NCBI GenBank assembly: GCA_965218785.1
Contig: OZ244650.1
Location: 1,472,001-1,536,000 of the forward strand
Length of the DNA: 64,000 bases
From: Nitrosopumilus sp.
GTDB lineage: Archaea; Thermoproteota; Nitrososphaeria; Nitrososphaerales; Nitrosopumilaceae
Direction: 5' to 3'
The notes below the pieces were generated by a model. That model was given only the letters and a program-made list of their open reading frames with translations, did not search any database and was not told where the DNA came from. A program made the translations under genes and the position numbers. Of the stretch, positions 9,725 through 20,147 are shown piece after piece; positions within the stretch are counted from its first letter, which is position 1; each line of letters opens with the position of its first letter.

Positions 9725-10552
9725 CTATTTGTCAGAAACTGCCTGTGCAAAGATGTAGGGCGTCTCCTCGGGTTCGTGAAACGTCCAAACAGTCGGTAAA
9801 AAGACAGTCATGACAGGATGAAGCTTGTTGTGCTCCATCAGCGTCCCCCATCCTGCCTCGTTTTTTGGATCCGGTGCGTATTTTTGGGATACAGTTCCGG
9901 CAAATACCCAGCCAGTCATCCCCTGGACAGAGGGGATCAAAGCGGTCTGATCCAAGACATCAGAGGCCAGTGCGGTTCCCCCCATCTGTGCCAGGCCACC
10001 AATGAAGAACATGGGATGCGCTAGTTTCAGCGAGGAATAGTCAAAGGTGCCCGCATCACAGCAGTGCGGATGAAAGTCAAGAACAGTCAAACTCTTTTGA
10101 AGTTGTACTAGCATCTCATCGATTTCTATGCTGTACGATTCCAATCCCAGTACCTTGGCACAAAACGCGATTCTTCCATCTCCGGATCCAACATCGACAA
10201 TTTCAGAATAGCCGAGTTCTTTTGCAAACAAGACACCAATATACGCAGACATTATCCATGTTGGGGAAAACGGTGCACGGCTTGACCCATGCTGAATGCT
10301 GTTTAGCCAGTACCTGTTGATGTCGCCCTCATATACGATGCAGGATACGCCCCGGATGGTCTTCTCGTAGGAATTGTAATAGATCGGATTCCTCGTCGCA
10401 AACTGGTGCAACAAGTCCAAATCCTTTTGTTCGATTGGAAATACATCCGACTTTGAAATCGGTATTACTTCCTGAATCTGACTCTTGCCGTCATATGTTT
10501 TTACAAATTCCCTCTTCAAGTCAACCAGGTTTTTAGCAAGTACTTCAATCAT
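9725..10552 (-). CDS. Putative SAM-dependent methyltransferase-like protein
   Basis: Motif I VDVGSGDGR followed by SIEIDE. Confidence 0.7.
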   Translation of the reverse strand: MIEVLAKNLVDLKREFVKTYDGKSQIQEVIPISKSDVFPIEQKDLDLLHQFATRNPIYYNSYEKTIRGVSCIVYEGDINRYWLNSIQHGSSRAPFSPTWIMSAYIGVLFAKELGYSEIVDVGSGDGRIAFCAKVLGLESYSIEIDEMLVQLQKSLTVLDFHPHCCDAGTFDYSSLKLAHPMFFIGGLAQMGGTALASDVLDQTALIPSVQGMTGWVFAGTVSQKYAPDPKNEAGWGTLMEHNKLHPVMTVFLPTVWTFHEPEETPYIFAQAVSDK

Positions 10553-10995
10553 CAGAGTCCCTGATCATACTGCTCGACAAATTCTTTGGTGCTCATCTTT
10601 TTGCGCAATACCTCATAAAGTTTAGATTCATTTTCAATGTTCTCTATTGATTTTTTACTGGAATCCCCGGATTGCAGGCTATTTGCAGAGTCGCGGACAG
10701 AGTCTGCCAGGGACTGCATGATTCGGGGATGTATGTCCGAGTTGAATTTCTCAGAGATCATTTTCTCAGTCTCTGCGATTTGATCAAGCAGTGATCCGTG
10801 TTCATCTGCATCAAGCTGCTGTTTTAGCATCACGATCATAGATGAGACATTGATAACCTGATAATACGTCTTGACAATCTCATGTATGGGCAGTTCAGGA
10901 TTTTCTGCAGAATCAAGCAGGATTTTCAGTTTTTCAGACTCTGCAGAAAACATGTCAGATATCTCATCAAATCCCATAAAAGCAGATAGTTTCAA
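10552..10995 (-). CDS. Hypothetical helical protein (start possibly 10977)
   Basis: ORF coupled to the downstream methyltransferase gene. Confidence 0.7.
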   Translation of the reverse strand: MKLSAFMGFDEISDMFSAESEKLKILLDSAENPELPIHEIVKTYYQVINVSSMIVMLKQQLDADEHGSLLDQIAETEKMISEKFNSDIHPRIMQSLADSVRDSANSLQSGDSSKKSIENIENESKLYEVLRKKMSTKEFVEQYDQGL

Positions 10996-11014
10996 ATTTT
11001 TAAAAATGTTGGGA

Positions 11015-11719
11015 TCATGCCTCTTTTTCTGCCGGCTTTACAAAGACATAGTTCATAATCAGACCGGCGATTATTCCGCCCAGAATCGGGGCCGCCCAAT
11101 ACAGCCAATGAAACTCCCAAAACCCGGAAATCAGTGCGGGACCAAACGTTCTTGCAGGATTTACTGATGCCCCAGTCAATGGAACGGCAATCAGATGGAT
11201 AAGAAAGACCATTCCGCCGATCGTAAATCCGTGCCATCCAGGAGAGGCTTTTTTGTGGACGGCGCTCATAAAGATTACAGTAACCAGAAAGAATGTCAGG
11301 ACTGCCTCGATTGCAAAGCCGGAGCCAATACTGTTGTTTATCAATTCACTAGGACCGCCCTGGGTTCCAAAGTTTACCTTTGCGCCAAGTTCCGGCAGGA
11401 TTGCCTTGAGGGTGGCTGCCGCTGCAACTGCGCCGATTAATTGTGAAATTATATATCCGATTCCGTCTGTAATTCCAATCTTTCTTGTAATCATCATTGG
11501 AATGGTGACTGCGGGATTGATGTGGGCACCAGACACGTGGCCAAACGCATAGATCATCAGCGCGATTGCGCCACCGTGTGCAAGGGAGATAAACAGCACG
11601 GATATTGTCGTCAATTGCTCGCCAAATGACGCGATAGCCAGGATGACTGAAAGTGGACCAAAGAAGACCAGACCATACGTAGAGATTGCCTCGGCAAGAT
11701 ACGCCCTTGGATTAGCCAT
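11015..11719 (-). CDS. Aquaporin / MIP family channel
   Basis: Two NPA motifs (GAHINPAVT, GASVNPARTFGP) and six TM segments; ATG at 11719. Confidence 0.95.
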   Translation of the reverse strand: MANPRAYLAEAISTYGLVFFGPLSVILAIASFGEQLTTISVLFISLAHGGAIALMIYAFGHVSGAHINPAVTIPMMITRKIGITDGIGYIISQLIGAVAAAATLKAILPELGAKVNFGTQGGPSELINNSIGSGFAIEAVLTFFLVTVIFMSAVHKKASPGWHGFTIGGMVFLIHLIAVPLTGASVNPARTFGPALISGFWEFHWLYWAAPILGGIIAGLIMNYVFVKPAEKEA

Positions 11720-11812
11720 CAAGCTAAAGCCGCTACGGTTTCCATATAAAAGATTCGAACCGGATTTGGATGGCAGGATCAAAAAGTAATTAATTATGGA
11801 TGATTACATCTG

Positions 11813-12286
11813 ATGATAATAATGATTTCAGAAGGGGACAAAGTTCCAAAGTTTGAAGCAGATGATGCCGGTGGCAACAAAGTCAGATCCACTGATTTTA
11901 AGAACAAAAGACATGCCATCTATTTTTATCCAAAGGATTTCACTCCCGGATGTACGATGGAGGCAGATGAATTCTCAAGGGACTACAAGTCGTTTCAAAA
12001 GGAGGGCATCGAGATCATAGGAATTAGTCCAGATGATGTCGGATCCCACAGGAAATTCTGTGATAAAACGGGAATAAAATATACGCTTTTGGCAGATGTG
12101 GATAAAAAAATATCAAAGTTGTTCGGGGTCTGGGGCAAGAAAAAGTTCATGGGACGTGAATACATGGGAGTGATGAGAAGTACGTTTCTTGTGGATAAGA
12201 GTGGAAAAATCTTCAAGATTTATCCAAAAGTAAAACCTGCAGGTCATTCAAAGCAGGTTCTAGAGGATTTTCTAAATTCAAAGTAA
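11813..12286 (+). CDS. bcp: Peroxiredoxin, BCP family
   Basis: YFYPKDFTPGCTME active-site motif. Confidence 0.92.
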   Translation: MIIMISEGDKVPKFEADDAGGNKVRSTDFKNKRHAIYFYPKDFTPGCTMEADEFSRDYKSFQKEGIEIIGISPDDVGSHRKFCDKTGIKYTLLADVDKKISKLFGVWGKKKFMGREYMGVMRSTFLVDKSGKIFKIYPKVKPAGHSKQVLEDFLNSK

Positions 12287-12304
12287 AAATAAAAATGTTG
12301 CAGA

Positions 12305-13174
12305 TTAGAAACCTTTTGGTAGTGTGCCCTTGGAAGTTTTTGTAGATTCTGCTGCTGCCTGTTCTGATTTTGATTCAAAACCTTTTGGTAGGGTACCGCT
12401 CGTACTAGAAGGTTTAGTTTCTGCTGCAACTGCTTCTTCATAGGCTTTTTGATCTGCTATCTTTTGTTGTTCTATTCTTTGCAAGTAGCCGTCTTCATAT
12501 TCCTCTAAAAGCTGCTGTTTTGATTTTCCCTCGCTGTGTTGTGCCGCTTGTGTTACCTTTGGAAGTTTGCCTTTTGCTGCTTTTGGTAGTTCCTGTGGAG
12601 GCGGTGGTGTATGTTGTGTTTCAGCTTTTATCTGGACTCCCTCAACGCTCATATTCGTGCCGCTAAATCCTCCAAATGTTTTATCAGGCGGATGATATGC
12701 AAGCCTTGCTCTTGTTGCAAAGTACTGGTTTGATGGCTGTGTATAACCTGTAACCTTTGCCTTTTGGTCGTTCCAGTTTGATGTTGGAACCTTTCCTACG
12801 GGAGCAGTCAGTCTTACAAAGTATCTGTTGGGTGCAGGAGAATAACCTGTAACCTTTGCCCTGTAATCATGAAATGAGCTCATCGGTGCGGTTCTATACG
12901 CGTTCTCCAATGCCTCCTGAATAGTCACCGGTGGTGCCGGTTTTGTCTCAGCAGGCTTTGGTGCCTCTTGTGGTTTTGGAGGTGGTGCCGGTTTTGTCTC
13001 AGCTGCCGGCTTTGGTGCCTCTTGTGGTTTTGGAGGTGGTGTCGGTTTTGTCTCAGCAGGCTTTGGTGCAGGTTTAGATTCAAGTTGTGAAGATAATTTT
13101 GATAATTTTGCTTCCAACTCTGCGATTTTTGATTCTAGACCCTTTTTCGTACTTGCCTTACGTTTTGTTGCCAT
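12305..13174 (-). CDS. Coiled-coil / Pro-Ala-Lys-rich hypothetical protein, paralog A
   Basis: N-terminal coiled coil, PAETKP repeats, conserved core, repeated G(T/K)LPK(GF) motifs. Confidence 0.85.
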   Translation of the reverse strand: MATKRKASTKKGLESKIAELEAKLSKLSSQLESKPAPKPAETKPTPPPKPQEAPKPAAETKPAPPPKPQEAPKPAETKPAPPVTIQEALENAYRTAPMSSFHDYRAKVTGYSPAPNRYFVRLTAPVGKVPTSNWNDQKAKVTGYTQPSNQYFATRARLAYHPPDKTFGGFSGTNMSVEGVQIKAETQHTPPPPQELPKAAKGKLPKVTQAAQHSEGKSKQQLLEEYEDGYLQRIEQQKIADQKAYEEAVAAETKPSSTSGTLPKGFESKSEQAAAESTKTSKGTLPKGF

Positions 13175-13481
13175 TTCTTTGTGTAACTATTACGCGGTTT
13201 ATTTACATTTTGTTTGGATCTGCCCTGTAACACTTTGATTTGATCGCATATGACGGATTTACAGTGATTTTAAGGCATGATCCTGCTTTATTATGAATTA
13301 TAACGATTTTGTCAGGCATAAGCAAGCCAGTTGATTCCTAGGCCTCAAGACATGATCCCTCGCGCATGTCTTTAAAAGTGGGTGAAGAGAGTGGGTGTGG
13401 CTCTCCTGTCATCTTTGGCTGCAGATTTGAATGCATGTCAGTTGATTCCAGTCAAACTGGAATTTATTCCGGTTAATTACA

Positions 13482-14051
13482 TTAGAGCTGTTCTGGATTA
13501 TGATTTTGTACATACTGTTTCCTCAAATGATATACATACAACGATAACATGCCGGACAGATTTAATGTAAACAGGCTGGCCAGTGGAAAAAATATAAAAT
13601 TTTGAATAAACAAAAGTGGTAGATCATGATTATTTACAACCCCCATGACTAGGGGATGTAGAAGAAACAGACCCAAGACAGTCCAGGGAGTCCAGACAAA
13701 AAGAATGCCCATCTTGATCCTCTTGGATACTGCTTTGATGGTGCCATCAAGTATCTGGCCTCTAAGCTTGAAAAAATGATAACCGCCATAAATTCCAACA
13801 ATGCCGGGGATGATGTGTAAAAATATGGTAGGATGTATTATTGTAAAAAATAATTGCAGAATATTTGAGGACGGGTCATCGAGGTTTATGCGCTCAAACC
13901 ACCATTGGCCATCATAGTGCAGAAAACCAGCTGTAAGGTATATGTATATTGGATATATGATAAATGCCGCAGCTGAAACTGCCAGCAGTGATTTTAGTTT
14001 TATCGGATTCATGTCAATCAGGTTGGGAGTCATTATCAGGCCGGAGGTCAA
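13482..14051 (-). CDS. Integral membrane hypothetical protein (possibly DUF2306-like)
   Basis: About four hydrophobic segments; LHIIPGIVG motif. Confidence 0.65.
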   Translation of the reverse strand: MTSGLIMTPNLIDMNPIKLKSLLAVSAAAFIIYPIYIYLTAGFLHYDGQWWFERINLDDPSSNILQLFFTIIHPTIFLHIIPGIVGIYGGYHFFKLRGQILDGTIKAVSKRIKMGILFVWTPWTVLGLFLLHPLVMGVVNNHDLPLLFIQNFIFFPLASLFTLNLSGMLSLYVYHLRKQYVQNHNPEQL

Positions 14052-14060
14052 TTACCAATT

Positions 14061-14309
14061 TCAAATACGTCCATGTTCATCAGTAATAAACACCGTCGTT
14101 GCATTTGATTTCAGAGTGTGATGTGCAAAGTCAGTACCAAGAAAATTATTGCCAAAGATGGTAAGAGAATTCATAAGACGTGTATTACAAAAATCCCGGG
14201 TGTTCAATCCTAATGCACGGCATGTTGTACCGATTAGTGATGGTGTGAAAAACGCAAAGCACTGAAAGCCGATTCCCGGAATTACTGGTATCGCGTGTAT
14301 TTTTTGCAT
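14061..14309 (-). CDS. Small hypothetical protein
   Basis: ATG-started ORF just upstream of the membrane gene; no recognisable motif. Confidence 0.35.
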   Translation of the reverse strand: MQKIHAIPVIPGIGFQCFAFFTPSLIGTTCRALGLNTRDFCNTRLMNSLTIFGNNFLGTDFAHHTLKSNATTVFITDEHGRI

Positions 14310-14648
14310 GTCCTATCATTTGTCAAGGTTGTTAATAAGCAGTAAGGCACTTTGTTCTTTTCAATTTGTTTTTTTGTGAGTTTTTTTTTGCAGTAGATTT
14401 GGATGGTTTCTTCATGTTGTGTCCGTTGATAAAATAGAGCCTCGCTTTAAATTTTCTATGACACTCATTTCAGTAGGTACAAAAATCAATCTGGAGAAGA
14501 TCGTGATTTGGTGTCTGTGACTGGCTCATAGGAGGGGATCATATCTACCACTCGAAGATTACAGAACCAGCATTAAATGTCATTTTATGCGTGTGTGATG
14601 TGTAATGATTTTCAGTTTTCACATACCAGATACGGGTTTTAAAGTCAG

Positions 14649-14840
14649 TTAGTCTGGTTCCCAAAACTGCATCACATACATGCAGTTGTTGCACCGCCAC
14701 AATCTAACATGGATTCCGTTGTCAATATCTACAGTATACTTTCCATCCTCCATCTGGTTTACTTTGGGAAGGTAGTTCAGTTGTGAATTTTCAAGCCATT
14801 CATTTTGCTGGCAGTTAGGACATTTGATTTTTGGAGGCAT
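14649..14840 (-). CDS. Small zinc-ribbon protein
   Basis: CPNC ... CNNC pairs. Confidence 0.8.
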   Translation of the reverse strand: MPPKIKCPNCQQNEWLENSQLNYLPKVNQMEDGKYTVDIDNGIHVRLWRCNNCMYVMQFWEPD

Positions 14841-14905
14841 GCACAACATGAATGAAATCAGGAGGAATATTATTGTTAAAAATAGAAAATAAGGATGTTC
14901 TAAGA

Positions 14906-15460
14906 TTAGAAGCCTTTTGGTAGTGTGCCCTTTGCAGATTTTGCCGGTTCTGGAGCAAGCTCTTGTATAATAACCCCATCAACGCTCATATTCGTGCCGC
15001 TAAATCCTCCAAATGTTTTATCAGGCGGATGATATGCAAGTCTTGCTCTTGTTGCAAAGTACTGGTTTGATGGCTGTGTATAACCTGTAACCTTTGCCTT
15101 TTGTTCGTTCCAGTTTGATGTTGGAACCTTTCCTACGGGAGCAGTCAGTCTTACAAAGTATCTGTTGGGTGCAGGAGAATAGCCTGTAACCTTTGCCCTG
15201 TAATCATGAAATGAGCTCATTGGTGCGGTCCTATACGCGTTCTCCAATGCCTCCTGAATAGTCACCGGTGGTGCCGGTTTTGTCTCAGCAGGCTTTGGTG
15301 CCTCTTGCGGCTTTGTCTCAGCTGCAGGCTTTGGCGCCTCTTGTGGTTTTACCTCAGCAGGCTTTGATTCTAGCCGAGTTACAAGATGGTCTATCTTGGC
15401 TTCTAATTGTGCAATCTTTTTTTGAAGATCTTCCTTGGTTTGCTTTTTGGCTGCTGCCAT
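14906..15460 (-). CDS. Coiled-coil / Pro-Ala-Lys-rich hypothetical protein, paralog B
   Basis: Shares the core domain and the KGTLPKGF terminus with 12305-13174; ATG at 15460. Confidence 0.85.
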   Translation of the reverse strand: MAAAKKQTKEDLQKKIAQLEAKIDHLVTRLESKPAEVKPQEAPKPAAETKPQEAPKPAETKPAPPVTIQEALENAYRTAPMSSFHDYRAKVTGYSPAPNRYFVRLTAPVGKVPTSNWNEQKAKVTGYTQPSNQYFATRARLAYHPPDKTFGGFSGTNMSVDGVIIQELAPEPAKSAKGTLPKGF

Positions 15461-15546
15461 TGACTGGATGGGGATTCCGGGGTTTATGTATATTTGGGTT
15501 GACTGCCATGAACAAAACATGATCAAGTTTTATATGCATATACAAC

Positions 15547-15933
15547 ATGACAGTTGTAATGGATGACTTTGAGAAAGAATATCCGGAATTTGACTGGAAG
15601 AACACCCCGGCATACAAACATCCCGGAGGCAAGGATTGTCCGTGTCCAAAACACGAGTACATCAGGGAGCAGATCAACTTTACAAAACAGGTAAACGAAA
15701 AGGGAAAAGAGCCAAGCAAGGTCACGCTAAAGTTTTGTCCGGATCACTACAGGGTATACATGGAAGAGGTAATACCTGCAATGCCGTTAAAATATAAAAT
15801 TCTAACAAAGATTGCCCTGAAATTGGGGGCAATTCAAGTCGAGCAGTTAAAATACATGGAATCGGAATTGTGTTTTTACTGCAAGTTCGGATCCGGCGGT
15901 CACGACAGAAAAACCGAATTACCACCAATGTAA
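15547..15933 (+). CDS. Hypothetical Cys/His-containing protein
   Basis: CPCPKH, CPDH and CFYC motifs; divergent TATA box upstream. Confidence 0.8.
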   Translation: MTVVMDDFEKEYPEFDWKNTPAYKHPGGKDCPCPKHEYIREQINFTKQVNEKGKEPSKVTLKFCPDHYRVYMEEVIPAMPLKYKILTKIALKLGAIQVEQLKYMESELCFYCKFGSGGHDRKTELPPM

Positions 15934-16164
15934 CTATTCGGGACTCAGCAGGATTTTTGGTTTGTTCGGGGTATCATGATGACATCGCTTGCCGCATAAC
16001 GGGCATCTCTTTCTGTCAAGAAATATGCATTGACATATGTGGGAATCAAGATATGATTTGGCAGGCTGGTTTGGCTCGCCTGTTCCATTGCAAAACGGGC
16101 ATTGGGAACCGAGCAGTTCTATGGTTCCATCCCCCTTACAGACCACACATTTGTCATCGGCCAT
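15934..16164 (-). CDS. Small Cys-rich zinc-finger protein (DnaJ-like CxxCxGxG)
   Basis: CVVCKGDG, CPFCNGTG and CPLCG motifs. Confidence 0.75.
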   Translation of the reverse strand: MADDKCVVCKGDGTIELLGSQCPFCNGTGEPNQPAKSYLDSHICQCIFLDRKRCPLCGKRCHHDTPNKPKILLSPE

Positions 16165-16276
16165 TACTGTTTTTCCACATATCGGAATTAAATACATTTG
16201 TTAAAAGAATTTTAAAAACCGCTGCTTTTTGTGTAAATCCAGTTAAGCTTATACTTGAATCAGATTCAGAGTCATT

Positions 16277-17719
16277 GTGCCAATAAAGGATATTCATGAA
16301 TTCATTGCAGCGCTTGAGGGTAATGAAGAGCTAAAGCGGGTCAAAACAGAGGTTGACCCCAATTTGGAGATTGCGGAGATTCTCAGAAGGGAGATGTACT
16401 CCAACGGTTCTGCAGTTCTTTTTGAGGATGTAAAAGGATGTGACATGCCGGTTCTAGGAAATGCGTTTGGTTCAATGAAAAGATTGGAGATAGGGCTGGA
16501 GATGACGGACTTTACTGAGATCGGCCAGCGCATTGTGGATATGACAAGGATGGATGTCCCATCAGGATTACTAAATAAGATAAAAAAGCTTCCAGAACTC
16601 TCAAAAATGACAGCGTCGTTTCCCAAATCAGAGGCAGGCGGTCCTGTAACGGAGATAACATCAAGTGATGCGTCCTTTGATGACCTGCCAATCTTAAAAT
16701 CATGGCCAGATGATGCGGGGCGATTCATCACTCTGGGGCTAGTTGCAACAAAGCATCCGGAGACGAATATAAGAAATCTCGGAGTGTACAGGATGCAGAT
16801 AATTGACAAGACGCACGCATTGATGCACTGGCAGAAACACAAGAGGGGGGCCAATCACGGGGAGATCTCAAGGGATAAGGGCGAGAAGATTCCGGCTGCG
16901 GTGATTATCGGGGGGGATCCTGCGACAATATTCTCATCGATTGCCCCGGTGCCAGAGGGACTAGACAAGTACCTGTTTGCAGGGATTACAAGAAAGGAGG
17001 GAATCAAGACGGTAAGATGCAAAACAATTGATCTGGATGTTCCGGCAAACGCAGAGATTGTTCTGGAAGGATATGTGGATCCGGCAGACATCAGAGACGA
17101 GGGACCGTTTGGGGATCATACCGGTTACTATACCCCAGTCGAGCCATACCCAACATTCACACTGACAGGAATCATGAGGCGGAAGAATCCGATTTATGTT
17201 ACAACAGTAGTAGGAAAGCCGGTTCTGGAGGATGCGTATATCGGCAAGGTAATTGAGCGATCATTTTTGCCTCTTATTCGGATGTTCCATCCTGAGGTGG
17301 CAGACTTTGGAATGCCGGCAGCAGGCTGGTTTCAGGGATGTGCCATCATATCAATCAAAAAGAGATATCCCGGACAGGCAAAAAAAGTGATGATGGGGCT
17401 GTGGGGGATGGGGCAGCTCTCACTGACAAAGATGTTCGTAGTAGTCGATGAGGACATTAACGTTCATGATATCAACGATGTAATCTGGGCAGTCACTACG
17501 AGGGCGGATCCGGCAAGGGATACGGTGATCATCAACAACACGCCGACTGATACGCTGGATCCCGCATCGCCGCTGGTAAACCTGGGTTCCAAGTTAGGAA
17601 TTGATGCGACTCAAAAAACCAGGGAGGAGGGATATGAGCGAGAGATACAGCAGCAGGTCAAAGTTGATGAGATAACAAGAGAACAAGTAGATTCCAGATG
17701 GTCCAGTTACGGATTATAG
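16277..17719 (+). CDS. ubiD: UbiD-family decarboxylase (menaquinone biosynthesis)
   Basis: RNLGVYRMQ and EGPFGDHTGYY motifs; adjacent to mqnC. Confidence 0.92.
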   Translation: MPIKDIHEFIAALEGNEELKRVKTEVDPNLEIAEILRREMYSNGSAVLFEDVKGCDMPVLGNAFGSMKRLEIGLEMTDFTEIGQRIVDMTRMDVPSGLLNKIKKLPELSKMTASFPKSEAGGPVTEITSSDASFDDLPILKSWPDDAGRFITLGLVATKHPETNIRNLGVYRMQIIDKTHALMHWQKHKRGANHGEISRDKGEKIPAAVIIGGDPATIFSSIAPVPEGLDKYLFAGITRKEGIKTVRCKTIDLDVPANAEIVLEGYVDPADIRDEGPFGDHTGYYTPVEPYPTFTLTGIMRRKNPIYVTTVVGKPVLEDAYIGKVIERSFLPLIRMFHPEVADFGMPAAGWFQGCAIISIKKRYPGQAKKVMMGLWGMGQLSLTKMFVVVDEDINVHDINDVIWAVTTRADPARDTVIINNTPTDTLDPASPLVNLGSKLGIDATQKTREEGYEREIQQQVKVDEITREQVDSRWSSYGL

Positions 17720-18832
17720 TACAGAGACAGAATTATAAAAGTTATCCCGCTCTTCTACCTGATAGCCAATCTGATGAATGGCATCAATGATCATCTTGTC
17801 TGTAAGTTCTGTGGAACGCGCACCGGTACATGAGACTACCTCCTCTCCGATCAGCGTGCCACCAAAGTCATCGGCGCCGTATTGCAAGGCAAGCTGTGCC
17901 ATGCCAACACCGTTAGTCAGCCACGAGGATTGGATGTGTGGAATCAGTCCGTCAAGGACCAGTCTGGATATTGCAATCATCTTCAATAGTTGAATTCCAC
18001 CGGTACCGTATTTGACGATGCCCTCTTCATGCATCAGTGTGTTGTTTGGCTCAAAATTCCACGGAATAAATGCCATGAATCCCTTTGTCTTTTCCTGCAG
18101 TCTTGTAATTTTAGAAAAATGCTCAACAATGTCGTTTTTGCTTTCAACATGGCCATACATCATGGTTGCAGACCCCGGAATGCCAAGGGAGTGTGCCTCA
18201 TCCATGATTCTAATCCAGTCATCACTGGAGATCTTTTTTGGACTGATGATGCCCTTGACAGAGTCAGTCAGGATTTCAGCTCCCGCTCCGGGAATTGACT
18301 GCAGTCCGGCATCCTTTAATCTGGATAAAATTTCCCGAGTTGATGATTTTTCAACTTTTGCAATCATGTCAATCTCAGATGTGGATAATCCGTGAACGCC
18401 GACTGTTGGAAACTTTTCTCGGATCATTTTAAAGGCATCCTCATAGTACTCGATTTTCAAATTGGGGTTGTGACCGCCCTGGATCAGAACCTGGCGGATC
18501 TTAAACATGTCATAGGATGTTTTGACCCTGGTCTCAATTTGATCAAGAGTCAGGGTGTACGAATCATCAGCGCCAGGTGCCCTATAAAATGCGCAGAATT
18601 TACAGTCAGTAATGCAGACGTTGGTATAGTTTAGGATGATATTGTTTACAAAAGACGCCTTTTTGCCAAACTGTCTTCTAGTCAGATGACCCGCTGCAAG
18701 ACCCATCAGATGGACGTCATCAGATTCAAGCAATCTCAGGATATCCCCAGAGCTTGGTCTTTGACTGTTAAGGGAGTTTTCTAAGATATCCCGGATGTTG
18801 CTTTTTTGCAGCTGTTTTGTGACTTGGCTCAA
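17714..18832 (-). CDS. mqnC: Radical SAM cyclic dehypoxanthine futalosine synthase (CofH/MqnC family)
   Basis: NYTNVCITDCKFCAF, IQGGHNP, PGAGAEIL, HIQSSWLT. Confidence 0.85.
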   Translation of the reverse strand: MSQVTKQLQKSNIRDILENSLNSQRPSSGDILRLLESDDVHLMGLAAGHLTRRQFGKKASFVNNIILNYTNVCITDCKFCAFYRAPGADDSYTLTLDQIETRVKTSYDMFKIRQVLIQGGHNPNLKIEYYEDAFKMIREKFPTVGVHGLSTSEIDMIAKVEKSSTREILSRLKDAGLQSIPGAGAEILTDSVKGIISPKKISSDDWIRIMDEAHSLGIPGSATMMYGHVESKNDIVEHFSKITRLQEKTKGFMAFIPWNFEPNNTLMHEEGIVKYGTGGIQLLKMIAISRLVLDGLIPHIQSSWLTNGVGMAQLALQYGADDFGGTLIGEEVVSCTGARSTELTDKMIIDAIHQIGYQVEERDNFYNSVSVL

Positions 18833-19352
18833 CTGTTCTTATCCTTTTTAATTTCTATTTAATCTTTGATAGAAAAAACGGACAAAAAAGAATCCAGATA
18901 GATCAGTGATTCGTGCTCAATTTTGACTGGAGAGGATGTCAGCACGTTATTTTTGATGATGTATTATGCCGCTTTATCTTTAGATTGATTCAGAGACAGG
19001 AAATTATGAGGGATTTATCTAAAACAACATTATGAGAAATTAAAACCAGACATGTGTCAGCCGGATGGAAATCGTCATCATTGGGATTAGAGAATTCCCA
19101 AAAATCAGAGTAAAAACAGGAAGCAGGACTGCACAGTTGCAGAGAACTGTTTCCCTAAAGTCACACAATAGTGAATTCATTACATATTATGACAGTATGC
19201 TATTATATCTTCTGATTATTGGAATCAGATGTCTTGTGACATAGTTAAAAGACAAAGTTCACGAACTAAAGATTATTCAAAAATAAGATTAGATGATTTT
19301 ACTAAGATAAATACGAATAATCAATGGAATGTCTTGAAAATAACTCACGAAC

Positions 19353-19405
19353 TTTGATTGTTACTATAGTAAAGTATAATATTTGATTTTACTATAGTAA
19401 AGTAT
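19353..19405. promoter_or_regulatory. Two tandem palindromes TTACTATAGTAA, putative operator
   Basis: Perfect palindromes at 19361-19372 and 19388-19401, immediately before the ATG at 19404. Confidence 0.6.
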
Positions 19406-20147
19406 GTTAATACGGGCTAAAACAGCATTATTTACACTTGAAGGCTCCGATCATTGGATCATAGATACAAGCAAAAAGTTGGCAAAGCCTGTGTCACTAC
19501 AAGGTTTTTTGTATTTAAAAAGCGGGAATGTTTCTGCCAGATCCTTTTTTGGAAATGTAAAGAACGTTAGAGAGGTAACAGAGTATGTAAAAGCAATAAA
19601 ACACTGTAGAGTTGACGTTATTGCGAAAAATCCAGAGGGAGTAATTGCAGCTGTCAAATTTAAAGTGTTTCCATTAGATAAGGCAGTTAAAGTAATTCAA
19701 GAAAAAACTTATTCTAAATTATGGATAAAAAGCAATCCAGATGATCTTGTTAATGTGTATGTTCAATCACCATGGTCAATCAATGTTGATGAGATAACAC
19801 AGATATTCAAAAAATTTGACCTGCAATTAAAATGCAAGCCCCGCATAATATCATCAGATATGGAGGTTGCCCCACTAGTAGACGATGTAGAATCAAAATT
19901 TGATGAAACAGATAAAAAAATTGCAAAGACATTATTAATTGAAGGGTATTATTCATCACCAAGACCAAAAGGAATTAATCAAGAAAAGTTGGCGGCAAAA
20001 ATTGGAATTTCCAAACCCACTCTTGAGAAACGTTTGGCAAGAATTGAGTCCGTGGGGATACAGAATCTATTTGGAATCAGGTCATTCACTAAAAGTGAAA
20101 AGGATGCAAGTTTGAGAATATTCAAGAAAAAATTAAAAAGAAAATAA
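19404..20147 (+). CDS. Transcriptional regulator with C-terminal HTH_10 (bacterio-opsin activator-type) domain
   Basis: EGYYSSPRPKGINQEKLAAKIGISKPTLEKRLARIE motif; AT-rich insert. Confidence 0.8.
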   Translation: MLIRAKTALFTLEGSDHWIIDTSKKLAKPVSLQGFLYLKSGNVSARSFFGNVKNVREVTEYVKAIKHCRVDVIAKNPEGVIAAVKFKVFPLDKAVKVIQEKTYSKLWIKSNPDDLVNVYVQSPWSINVDEITQIFKKFDLQLKCKPRIISSDMEVAPLVDDVESKFDETDKKIAKTLLIEGYYSSPRPKGINQEKLAAKIGISKPTLEKRLARIESVGIQNLFGIRSFTKSEKDASLRIFKKKLKRK

